In this document: one piece after another, positions 8,710-17,312 of the stretch | How the letters are laid out: every line of letters begins with the position of its first letter | Position numbering within the stretch: position 1 is the first letter of the stretch | From: Myxococcales bacterium | GTDB lineage: Bacteria > Myxococcota_A > UBA9042 > JABWCM01 > BTVJ01 | Length of the DNA: 64,000 bases | Reading direction: 5' to 3' | Assembly: GCA_045863395.1 (NCBI GenBank) | Contig: BTVJ01000012.1 | Span: 1-64,000 of the forward strand | Position numbers and translations under genes: made by a program | The notes under the pieces: generated by a model | The model's database searches: none | What the model was told of the DNA's origin: nothing | What the model saw: only the letters and a program-made list of their open reading frames with translations

Positions 8710-10616
8710 TCGGATTCCTCCGCCCTCACGCTGGAACCTGTCGCCTGAACTGTGCGCTTGCTGGACGCCGCCAACTGAACGGGGAGTCTAGCAGCGCCGT
8801 CCGGACGCGTCAATGCGGGCGGATCGATCAGCGGTCGAATGCCACGGTCACCGAAGGTGGCGACGTAGGACCGCTGGAGGCCGCGGCAGATCCCTCGGTG
8901 GCTGCACCCGCCACAGGCCTCCGGGAACACGAAGGAGCCGCTGTCCTCGTGGCCCGGCTCGAACCCGCGGGTGACGAAGCGGGGGTCGCCACCGAGGACG
9001 CAGGGAGGCACCCCGCAGGTGCTGTCCTGCCCGCCGAAGGGGACACCCAGCGCGACGCACCGCTCCAGGGCCTCGCGGAGCACCGGGCCCGCCTCGTCGA
9101 AGGGCACGATGGAGTCGTCGTAGCGCTGGGACGCCTCGGTGATCGGCGCCGCGACGGACCAGGTGATCTTGACGCGCCCTCCCCAGCGGCCGTGCACGAA
9201 GTCCACGAAGGACACCGTCGTCGCCAGGTTGCGGCGCGTGATGACGTGGTTGACCTCCAGGAGGAGCGTCGTCCCGACGAGCCTGTCCACCCCCGCGACG
9301 GTCCGCACGGCGTCGCCAGGGCTCTGCGTGATGGCGTCGGCGACCTCTGGAACATGGGAGTGCAGGCTGACCAGCACGTCCGTGAGCCCTGCGTCCACGA
9401 GGCGCTGTACGAGCGCGTCGGTCAGGTGTGTGCCGTTGGTCTGGAGCTCGATGCGCTCGAAGCCTAGTGCGGCCGCGAGGCCCACGGCGTCCGGGAGCCA
9501 CGGGACCAGCGTGGGCTCGCCTCCGGTCAGGCTGACGGCCCGGGCCCCCCTCGCCGCGAGCTCCCCGAGCTGTGCCAGCACCCGCTCCCGGGTCGGCGGG
9601 GTCCAGTCGAAGTCCACCCAGCAGAAGCGGCACCGCTGGTTGCAGGCCCAGATCAGACGCACGTTGGGCTTGTCACCGCCCGGATCGTCCATCTGGACGT
9701 GGCGCACCTGGTTGCGCGCCCCCCGGTCCACTCCGCCGAGCTGCCCGCGGATGGCGGCCACGGCCTCCTCGCCGGGGGGCGCCCCCGGGAGGTCGCCTGG
9801 ACGGGCCGCCACGTACCGAGAGGGGAAGCCGGCGCAGCGGTCGGCGATGCCACAGGCCGCGCAGGCGGCCACACGGACGCGCGGATCGTCGGTCCCGCCG
9901 GGGTCTGCGCGCAGGCTCGCGAAGAGCGGCGAGTGCACCCGCACGAAGCGCTCGGAGAACGCACAGGGCGGCGGGCAGTACGCGGACTCGAAGCGGTGAT
10001 CCAGGCGGTGCTTGCGGCACCGGGCGGCGGCCTTGCCCAGCCCTGCCTCCAAGGCGGAGAGCGCCGCCTCCCCCCGGTCCGTCACCGCGTAGAAGCGCAC
10101 CGCGTCCAGCGTCGGCAGCTCCGCCGCGCGGTCGATGAGCGCCGCCAGCGACGCGACGGTCCCCGGGAGCACCGGCGTACAGAGCCCGATGGTGACACCC
10201 GCGGCGGCGAGCGCCCGGGCGCCGGCCCAGGTGCGCGCCGCGCCCCCTTCATCGCGCGTCACCTGGTCGTTGAGCGCGTCGTCCGCCGCGTGCAGAGTGA
10301 CCCAGGCCCTGTCGAGCCCCGCCTCGACGAGCGCCCCGAGGACCGCCGGATACGTGAGCAGCACCGCGTTGGTCTCGATCTCGACGTGCTGGTAGCCCAG
10401 GTCTCGGGCGCGCCGCACGAGCCCCGGCAGGCGCCGGTCGAGGGTCGGCTCGCCCCCGGTGAACCGCGCGATGGTCGCACCCCCCGCTCGCGCGGAGGCC
10501 AGCTCCGACAGCACCTGGGGCGTGGGGAGCGCTTGGGGCACCGAGTCGCGCAGCGTGCAGAACGTGCAACCCTGGTTGCAGAGGCGATGGAGGCGGACGG
10601 TGCAGACGAGACCCAC
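8706..10616 (-). CDS. Tandem double radical SAM protein (paralog B)
   Basis: LCNQGCTFC and ACNQRCRFC motifs; colinear with 6454..8328, sharing [22 protein letters not shown] and [16 protein letters not shown]. Confidence 0.92.
   Translation of the reverse strand: MGLVCTVRLHRLCNQGCTFCTLRDSVPQALPTPQVLSELASARAGGATIARFTGGEPTLDRRLPGLVRRARDLGYQHVEIETNAVLLTYPAVLGALVEAGLDRAWVTLHAADDALNDQVTRDEGGAARTWAGARALAAAGVTIGLCTPVLPGTVASLAALIDRAAELPTLDAVRFYAVTDRGEAALSALEAGLGKAAARCRKHRLDHRFESAYCPPPCAFSERFVRVHSPLFASLRADPGGTDDPRVRVAACAACGIADRCAGFPSRYVAARPGDLPGAPPGEEAVAAIRGQLGGVDRGARNQVRHVQMDDPGGDKPNVRLIWACNQRCRFCWVDFDWTPPTRERVLAQLGELAARGARAVSLTGGEPTLVPWLPDAVGLAAALGFERIELQTNGTHLTDALVQRLVDAGLTDVLVSLHSHVPEVADAITQSPGDAVRTVAGVDRLVGTTLLLEVNHVITRRNLATTVSFVDFVHGRWGGRVKITWSVAAPITEASQRYDDSIVPFDEAGPVLREALERCVALGVPFGGQDSTCGVPPCVLGGDPRFVTRGFEPGHEDSGSFVFPEACGGCSHRGICRGLQRSYVATFGDRGIRPLIDPPALTRPDGAARLPVQLAASSKRTVQATGSSVRAEESE
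8785..8813 (-). promoter_or_regulatory. Putative sigma70 promoter for the precursor, internal to the upstream gene
   Basis: Minus-strand TTGACG (8813-8808), 17 bp, TAGACT (8790-8785), ending 75 bp before the precursor ATG. Confidence 0.65.
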
Positions 10617-10628
10617 GCTGACTCCCGC

Positions 10629-13223
10629 TCAGGGCTTGACGATTCGGTATCTGATCGCGTGCTTGCCGCCGTCGTGGGCCTCCCAGGCGACGGCCACGAC
10701 GCCGTCGGTCCGCCGGACCAGCGCCGGGTGCTGGTGCGAGCCGGGCAGCCCGAGCGAGGCTTGGGACGGATCCGTGAGGACGGCGCCGTCCGTAGCCACC
10801 CGCCGGGTGTAGACGGCCCGGTCTGGCCCGGCCCCCGGCCGCGCGGCCCACGCGACCACGAAGCTGCCGTCTCCCTGAGGAGCGACGGCGGCGCCGACGG
10901 GCTCGCTCCCGCCCCCCTTGGAGACGATCTGCGTGGCGCAGGCGTCCCCCACCTGGGACTCCAGGCAGGCGAAGCGGACGCCGTTCGCCAAGGAGCTCAA
11001 GTCCCCCACCCAGACTGCGCGCGCCGCCCCCGTGGCCGGGCTCGGCGCCACGGACGGATCTCCGAGGCCGGACAGCGCCGTGCTGTCCAGGGTGACCGGG
11101 GGCACCGTCAAGGACCCGTCCGGGGCCAGGCCGACCGCCGCCAGGGCCTGGACGACGCCCGTCTCCTGGCAGCAGGGCGGCTCGAGGCAGTCGCCGACGC
11201 ACACGGCTGGCTGCGCAGTGAGGCGCCGGCCCACGACCCAGGCGCCACCGTTGGGCGTGACGGCCAGCGCAGGGTGGAGCGCTTGCTCCTTGCCCCCCGG
11301 GTCGAAGGCGAGGGCGACCTCGGTGACCGGGGAGCCGTCCGGCCCCAGGCGTCGCTGGAGCAGGCAGCGCTCGCCGGTGCACTTGGCCCCGGTGGACTCC
11401 CACACGACCAGGTAGCCCCCCCCAGGGAGGGCACCGACCGCGGGACGCCGGTTCTCGCCACCCGGGGCGCTGACCGCCGTGGGCCCGGCGCTCGCTCCGC
11501 CGAGGACGACGGCCCGGACCGCTGAGCCCTGATCCATGGAGGTCCAGGCGACCACGTACCGGCCGTCTGGGGATCCGGCGACAGCGGCCTCGTCCTGGTT
11601 CGTTACGCCGTCCAGGCTGGTGACGGCCTGCTCGGCGCCGAGCGGGTTGGCGGCCGCGTCGACCGTGCGCGTGACGACGACGCTCGTGGCGGCGACGGTG
11701 CGCGTCCATGCGATCACCGCCCCCCCGCCCGGCAGGGCCCCGGCGGCCGGACGTGAGACCTCGAGGAGCGGGTCGGCGTTGACCTGGACGGGCCCATCGG
11801 GGACGCAGCCGACGCTCCCGAGGCAGAAGCTCCCGGCCGGGCAGGCGAAGGGGGCGCTCCACTCCAGGAAGCCAGCGCTGCCGAGCTCGCAGACCCGGAT
11901 GGCCGTGCCGTCGATGCACTCCGCCTGGCCGGCCACGCAGGCGTCCTTGCCGCAGACCCCCGCGCCCTTGCACACCTGGCCGAGCTCGCACGTCCCGGCG
12001 GGCGCCCACTTCATGAAGCCGCTCGGCTCGAGGACACAGACCAGCGTCTGGTTGCCCTCGACCGTGCTGCACACCTTGGTCCCCTCGACGAGGCACTGGT
12101 TGGAGCCGCAGGATCCCGCACCCTTGCACACCTGGCCCGGGGGGCACGGCGACGGGTTGCTCCACGCCGGTTCGCCGGCGAGGTCGAGGCAGGTGACGGT
12201 GGAGGACGCGCCGCTGCACTGCTTTGCCCCCGGCGTACACACGTCCCCGCAGCCGGCGTCCGGCTCGCAGAGGCCCTCGCAGACCAGGGGGTCGCCCCAA
12301 CGCAGGAAGCCGCCATCGCCCTGCTCGCACACCGAGACGTGGCCATCGTCGATGCAGGTGACCTGCCCCGCGAAGCTGCACTCGTCCTCGCCGCAGGCGC
12401 CCCCCTTGCAGACCGCGGCACCACCGCACGGCGACGGCGCGCTCCACGAGAGGAAGCCCGCCGCGTCGGCCTCGCACGTGATGCTCTGGGAGACTCCGTA
12501 GCAGGCGGACATGCCAGCGTGGGGGCACGCATCCTTGCCGCACTGGCCGTTGCCCTTGCAGACATTGCCTGCGGGACAGGCTTGCTGAGGGCCCCAGGTC
12601 AGGAAACCATCCTCGGCGGCAGCGCAGATCGTGTAGGCAAGGGAGTCCAGGCTGCAGGCCAGGGAGCCCGAGGCGGGGCACTCGTCGACGCCGCAGACGC
12701 CGCTCCGACAGAGCTGCCCCGGCTCACAGGCGGTCTCCACGAGCCACGTGAGGCACCCGTCCTGGCCCTCTCCGCACACCAGGACCACGGGGATGGCGTC
12801 GGGCGTGCACACCCGCAGCCCGGGGGTCACGCAGGGCTCCGCGGGGCACGGGTCGACCACGTCGATGGAGGCGTCCGGGACGTCCGGCGTGTCCGGTCCG
12901 GTCTCCGCAGCGTCGTGCGCATCCCCGAGCACATCGGGGTCCGGCACGTCCGGGGTGGGACCCACGTCCGCGCCGTCGTCCACGTCGAGGAGGGCGTCGC
13001 CGCCGTCCGGCTGTGGCGCCACGTCCTGGCCGTCGGCGCCCCCGTCGGCAACGACGTCGGGCGCAGCGTCAGCACCGGCGTCGGCGGTGCCATCCGCGCC
13101 CTGGGCGTCAGCCTCGGACTGCGTGCCGTCCGCGCCGGCGTCGGCGTTCCGGGTGAAGGTGGTGCACCCTGCGGCGGCGCCGAAGAGGACTCCGGCGAGG
13201 ATGCACTGGATGACTTGCCTCAT
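10629..13223 (-). CDS. Large Cys-rich repeat lipoprotein
   Basis: Lipobox AAGC, acidic linker, about 7 repeats of W-x5-C-x2-G-x2-C-K-G-x-G-x-C-G-x-D-x-C, C-terminal beta-rich domain with repeated (V/I)-x-W strands. Start moved to ATG 13223 (MRQVIQC). Confidence 0.8.
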   Translation of the reverse strand: MRQVIQCILAGVLFGAAAGCTTFTRNADAGADGTQSEADAQGADGTADAGADAAPDVVADGGADGQDVAPQPDGGDALLDVDDGADVGPTPDVPDPDVLGDAHDAAETGPDTPDVPDASIDVVDPCPAEPCVTPGLRVCTPDAIPVVLVCGEGQDGCLTWLVETACEPGQLCRSGVCGVDECPASGSLACSLDSLAYTICAAAEDGFLTWGPQQACPAGNVCKGNGQCGKDACPHAGMSACYGVSQSITCEADAAGFLSWSAPSPCGGAAVCKGGACGEDECSFAGQVTCIDDGHVSVCEQGDGGFLRWGDPLVCEGLCEPDAGCGDVCTPGAKQCSGASSTVTCLDLAGEPAWSNPSPCPPGQVCKGAGSCGSNQCLVEGTKVCSTVEGNQTLVCVLEPSGFMKWAPAGTCELGQVCKGAGVCGKDACVAGQAECIDGTAIRVCELGSAGFLEWSAPFACPAGSFCLGSVGCVPDGPVQVNADPLLEVSRPAAGALPGGGAVIAWTRTVAATSVVVTRTVDAAANPLGAEQAVTSLDGVTNQDEAAVAGSPDGRYVVAWTSMDQGSAVRAVVLGGASAGPTAVSAPGGENRRPAVGALPGGGYLVVWESTGAKCTGERCLLQRRLGPDGSPVTEVALAFDPGGKEQALHPALAVTPNGGAWVVGRRLTAQPAVCVGDCLEPPCCQETGVVQALAAVGLAPDGSLTVPPVTLDSTALSGLGDPSVAPSPATGAARAVWVGDLSSLANGVRFACLESQVGDACATQIVSKGGGSEPVGAAVAPQGDGSFVVAWAARPGAGPDRAVYTRRVATDGAVLTDPSQASLGLPGSHQHPALVRRTDGVVAVAWEAHDGGKHAIRYRIVKP

Positions 13224-13280
13224 GGTCCAGCTCCGGTCACGAGCGGACGATCCTACCCCGAGCCGCCCCGCGTTGCCAGC

Positions 13281-13310
13281 TTGACCGATCCGCGAGACCC
13301 GACATAGGCT
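13281..13310 (+). promoter_or_regulatory. Putative sigma70 promoter of serC
   Basis: TTGACC-18bp-TAGGCT. Confidence 0.45.
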
Positions 13311-13362
13311 GGGCGCCGTGTGCGAGCCACGAGGGCAGAGCAAGGAGCCAGAGGAGGACGCC

Positions 13363-14448
13363 ATGGGTCGAAAGCACATCTTCAATGCCGGACCGGGGGC
13401 GCTGCCGGTGCCGGTGCTCGAGCAGGCGCAGGCGGAGCTGGTGGACTTCCGCGGCAAGGGGCTCAGCGTGCTGGAGATGAGCCACCGCAGCTCCGACTTC
13501 GAGGGGATCCTGGGGCGGGCAAACACGGCGCTCCGCGAGCTGCTGGCCATCCCGGACACCCACGAGATCCTCTGGCTGCAAGGCGGCGCCAGCGGCCAGT
13601 TCGCCCAGGTCCCCCTCAACTTCCTCAAGCCTGGCCAGACCGCCGCCTACGCGGTCACGGGCGTCTGGGGCCAGAAGGCCATCAAGGAGGCGAAGCTGCT
13701 CGGTGACGCGGTGGTGGCCGCCTCCACCGAGGAGGGCGGCTTCCGGCGCGTGCCGGACCCGTCGGAGCTGCGGGTGCCGCCCGGGGCCGCCTACCTGCAC
13801 ATCACGACCAACAACACCATCTACGGCACCCAGTGGCGGACGATCCCGGACGCCGGTGACGTGCCGCTCGTGGCGGACCTCTCGTCGGACTTCCTGAGCC
13901 GCCCCGTGGACGTGGGGCGCTACGCCCTGATCTACGCGGGCGCCCAGAAGAACCTGGGGCCTGCTGGGGTGACCATCGTCATCGTGCGCAAGGACTGGGT
14001 GGCACAGGCGCGGACCGACATCCCCGTGATCTGGCGCTACGCGACCCACCTGAAGGAGAACTCCCTCTACCACACCCCGCCGGTGTTCGCGATCTACCTG
14101 TCCGGCCTGGTGCTGGACCTGCTGGTCGCCCAGGGAGGCCTCGCGGCGGTGGAGGCGACGAACGAGCGCAAGGCGCAGCGCCTCTACGGCGTCATCGACG
14201 GGTCGCAGGGCTTCTTCCGGGGTCACGCGGAGCCGGGGAGCCGGTCGCGCATGAACGTCACGTTCCGCCTCCCGACCGAGGAGCTGGAGAAGGAGCTGCT
14301 CGCCGAGGCGTCGGCGGCGGGGATGATCGGCCTCAAGGGGCACCGCTCGGTCGGCGGAATGCGCGCGTCTATCTATAACGCAGTCCCGGAGGCTTCCGTG
14401 GAAGCCCTCGCCGACCTGATGCTGGACTTCGCGCGGCGCAGGGCCTGA
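13363..14448 (+). CDS. serC: Phosphoserine aminotransferase
   Basis: FNAGPGALP, EMSHRS, LQGGASGQF, YAGAQKNLGPAG, GHRSVGGMRASIYNA; GAGGAGG RBS before ATG 13363. Confidence 0.97.
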   Translation: MGRKHIFNAGPGALPVPVLEQAQAELVDFRGKGLSVLEMSHRSSDFEGILGRANTALRELLAIPDTHEILWLQGGASGQFAQVPLNFLKPGQTAAYAVTGVWGQKAIKEAKLLGDAVVAASTEEGGFRRVPDPSELRVPPGAAYLHITTNNTIYGTQWRTIPDAGDVPLVADLSSDFLSRPVDVGRYALIYAGAQKNLGPAGVTIVIVRKDWVAQARTDIPVIWRYATHLKENSLYHTPPVFAIYLSGLVLDLLVAQGGLAAVEATNERKAQRLYGVIDGSQGFFRGHAEPGSRSRMNVTFRLPTEELEKELLAEASAAGMIGLKGHRSVGGMRASIYNAVPEASVEALADLMLDFARRRA

Positions 14449-14463
14449 TCCCCGGGAGCGCCG

Positions 14464-14835
14464 TCACCACGTACAACGGTCCGCCTCATCCAGCGTCGTT
14501 GCCTCCAGGAGACACCGGATCCGCTCGCCGCTCCCCCACCGCCGGCAGATCGTGATGCACTCGTCGAGGCCGCCGCCGGTCGCCGCCAGCGCCCGCAGGT
14601 GGCGGCAGGCGCGGCGGCACCAGGGCCGATCGGCGGTCGCGTCGCTTGGGGACGGAGCCGCGGCCAGGGAGCGACGCGCCTGGACGTCCTCCACGGCGGG
14701 TGGGGGCCTGGGCGCTGGCGGCGAAGGCGCCGTGGCACAGGCGGAGAGGGCGAGGAGCAGCCCGCAGAGCGGCGCCCACCAGTGGAGGGGCCCGGGAGGC
14801 TCGGACCACGCATGGTCGAGAGACCGCCAACGCAT
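14464..14835 (-). CDS. Small putative lipoprotein with CxxxC motifs
   Basis: LLLALSAC lipobox-like segment; C-terminal CRRAC...CITIC...CLLEA...C. Start uncertain. Confidence 0.5.
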   Translation of the reverse strand: MRWRSLDHAWSEPPGPLHWWAPLCGLLLALSACATAPSPPAPRPPPAVEDVQARRSLAAAPSPSDATADRPWCRRACRHLRALAATGGGLDECITICRRWGSGERIRCLLEATTLDEADRCTW

Positions 14836-14994
14836 GGGGCTGGTTACCACGGCCGGCGGGGGGGACGCAACGGAGACGACCTCCACGGCGACCGGACGGC
14901 TGGCCGTGAGGGAGGACCCGAGGCCCGACCACAGGCCGCGACCAGCGGAGCCCTTTCGAGTATACTGCGCCGCCACGTCACCGGAGGTCCGCCC

Positions 14995-16212
14995 ATGAGC
15001 CGTCTCACCGCTTACGCCCTCACCGCGCTGCTCTGCGCCGCCCTGGGAGGTGGGTGCAAGTCGAAGGCGCCGCCCAGACCCGCCGAGGAGCCCCCGCGCC
15101 CCGCCACCGAGTGGACCCCCCTGGAGGCTGCCCTCGCGCGCCTGGAGGTGCGCCTGCCCCACGTCGTCGGCAGCCCCACGACGCCGCCCGTGGACCCGGA
15201 TGGGCGGTGGACGACCAGGGCCCTCCAGGTCTCGACAGCGGGCGTGTTCGTGGGCGGCGAGCTGGCGCAGGAGCTGCAGTGCCCGGATGGCGCCGCGAGC
15301 TGTGAGGCACCCGAGGGGGGTCGCGCCGGCTGGGCTCCCGCCGTCGAGGCCCTCGGCGGACGCCCCCCTGCCCTGCTGGCCGTGGACCGTGGCATCAGCG
15401 TGCGCCTGGCCGGGAGCCTCCTCGCGGCCTTGCGCCCGGCGGCGGGCGTGACCTGGCTCGTGCAGGGCGCCGTCCCTGGCACCGTGCGCCTGGACCCGGG
15501 TCCAGGGCTCGCGCCGAGCCTGCTGGACGCGAGCCTCTCTGCCGCACCCATCCCCCGGGGGGAGCTTCGCAGCCGCCTGGGCGCGACGGGGGTCCTCCCC
15601 GACGCCGAGCCACCGCGGGCACCCGGCCGGCTGGTGCGCGTGACCACCGGGGCGCTGGTCGTGCCCGACGCGTGCGGTGGGCTCGACGCCGCTCGCGTGA
15701 TCCGCGGCCGGATCAGCGCCCTGCGCGGCTGCTACCGGGAGGCCCTGCAGCGCACGCCCACTGCGGCGGGCACGCTGGACCTCTCGTTCCGTATCGCGGG
15801 GGACGGGCACGTGACGGCCGCAGCGGCCGACGCCAACACGACGGGCGACGCGGCCATCGCGGCGTGCGCCACGGACGCCCTCGGCGCAGTGAAGGTTCCT
15901 CCGCACGAGTCCGAGCCCTGCCAGGTGACCTGGCGCCTCACCATGCGCCCGGAGGAGGACTCCCAGGCTACCCCGGCCTCACCGGCGGTGCTCGCGCTGC
16001 CTCTGCTGCGGGGCGGTGTGGTGCTCCAGGGCAAGGGAGAGGTCTCGGTGGACGCGCCCTCCCTGACGGACGCCCTGCGTCTCGCTGCGGCCGGTCGCAC
16101 GCGGGCGGTGATCACCGCTGACGGGGCGCTCCCCGTCGAGGAGGCCCTGCTGCTGGCCGCCGCCGCCCACGCCGCGGGCCTCACCGAGGTGGAGCTGGAG
16201 GTGAGCCCGTGA
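14995..16212 (+). CDS. Lipoprotein with AgmX/PglI (TonB-C-like) domain
   Basis: GGGC lipobox; VIRGRISALRGCYREALQRTPTAAGTLDLSFRIAGDGHV...AAC; ExbD-like C-terminal segment; GGAGG RBS. Confidence 0.75.
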   Translation: MSRLTAYALTALLCAALGGGCKSKAPPRPAEEPPRPATEWTPLEAALARLEVRLPHVVGSPTTPPVDPDGRWTTRALQVSTAGVFVGGELAQELQCPDGAASCEAPEGGRAGWAPAVEALGGRPPALLAVDRGISVRLAGSLLAALRPAAGVTWLVQGAVPGTVRLDPGPGLAPSLLDASLSAAPIPRGELRSRLGATGVLPDAEPPRAPGRLVRVTTGALVVPDACGGLDAARVIRGRISALRGCYREALQRTPTAAGTLDLSFRIAGDGHVTAAAADANTTGDAAIAACATDALGAVKVPPHESEPCQVTWRLTMRPEEDSQATPASPAVLALPLLRGGVVLQGKGEVSVDAPSLTDALRLAAAGRTRAVITADGALPVEEALLLAAAAHAAGLTEVELEVSP

Positions 16213-17312
16213 CCGAGCCATGGGTTCTGACGGCGTGCGACGGCGACGCGCTCCCGCTCGTGACGGCGGACCTGCCGGGCATCGGTGGCCGCATCAAGGG
16301 CTCTCCCGAGGACTTCGTCGTGGACGAGCTCCCCGCCTACACGCCGTCGGGGGAGGGGGAGTTCGTCTATCTGCGCGTCGAGAAGCGCGACATGAGCGCC
16401 GAGGAGCTGCTTCGCACCGTCAGCGGGGTCCTGGGCGTCCACCGCTCGGACATCGGGCAGGCGGGCATCAAGGACCGTTGCGCCGTCACGCGCCAGTGGC
16501 TGTCGGTGCCGCAGGCCGCCGAGCCGCGGGTGGGGCTGCTCGAGGGAGCCGGCGTGCGGGTCCTCGAGACGGGCCGCCACACCAACAAGCTGAAGACGGG
16601 GCACCTGCGCGGCAACGCCTTCACGGTGGTGATCCGGGAGGTGGACCCCGGCGCACTCTCGCGCGCGGGCGCCATCGTGGAGCGCCTGGGCCGGGCGGGG
16701 TTCCCCAACTTCTTCGGGCCCCAGCGCTTCGGAGCCGACGGCAGGACGGGCGTGGTCGGGCTTGACCTGCTCCGGGGGGCGCGGACCCGCGAGACGCGGC
16801 GGGTGGTCGCGGACCGGTTCCGCAAGCGCCTGTACCTCTCCGCGGCCCAGTCGGCGCTGTTCAACGCGGTGCTCATCGAGCGCATGGGCGCCCACGGCCT
16901 CGGGCGGGTGCTGGACGGCGATCTCCTCGCGCGCACCGACAGCGGCGGACCGTTCGTCTCCGTGGACCGCGACGTGGACCAGGCGCGCTTCGACGCGGGC
17001 GAGGTGGTCCACACGGGCCCCATCTTCGGCCGGAAGATGCGCAGCGCGGCGGGTGAGGCGCTCGCCATGGAGCAGGCCGTCCTTGCGCTCGCCGCGCTGC
17101 CTGACGACGCCTTCACCCGCTTCGGGCGCCTGACGCTGGGCACGCGGCGGCCGAACGTGGTGCGCCCCCGGGGCCTGGAGGCGGAGGCCATGGACGGCGG
17201 CCTGCGCCTGCGCTTCGAGCTGCCGCGAGGGTGCTACGCGACGGTGCTGCTCCGCGAGCTGACGCGGGCGGCGGTGATCGACGGCGAGGACGAGCTGGAG
17301 GACGACGCATGA
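16209..17312 (+). CDS. truD: tRNA pseudouridine(13) synthase
   Basis: PEDFVVDE, AGIKDRCAVTRQW, GHLRGNAF, PNFFGPQRFG, SAAQSALFN, FELPRGCYAT. Confidence 0.95.
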   Translation: MTEPWVLTACDGDALPLVTADLPGIGGRIKGSPEDFVVDELPAYTPSGEGEFVYLRVEKRDMSAEELLRTVSGVLGVHRSDIGQAGIKDRCAVTRQWLSVPQAAEPRVGLLEGAGVRVLETGRHTNKLKTGHLRGNAFTVVIREVDPGALSRAGAIVERLGRAGFPNFFGPQRFGADGRTGVVGLDLLRGARTRETRRVVADRFRKRLYLSAAQSALFNAVLIERMGAHGLGRVLDGDLLARTDSGGPFVSVDRDVDQARFDAGEVVHTGPIFGRKMRSAAGEALAMEQAVLALAALPDDAFTRFGRLTLGTRRPNVVRPRGLEAEAMDGGLRLRFELPRGCYATVLLRELTRAAVIDGEDELEDDA

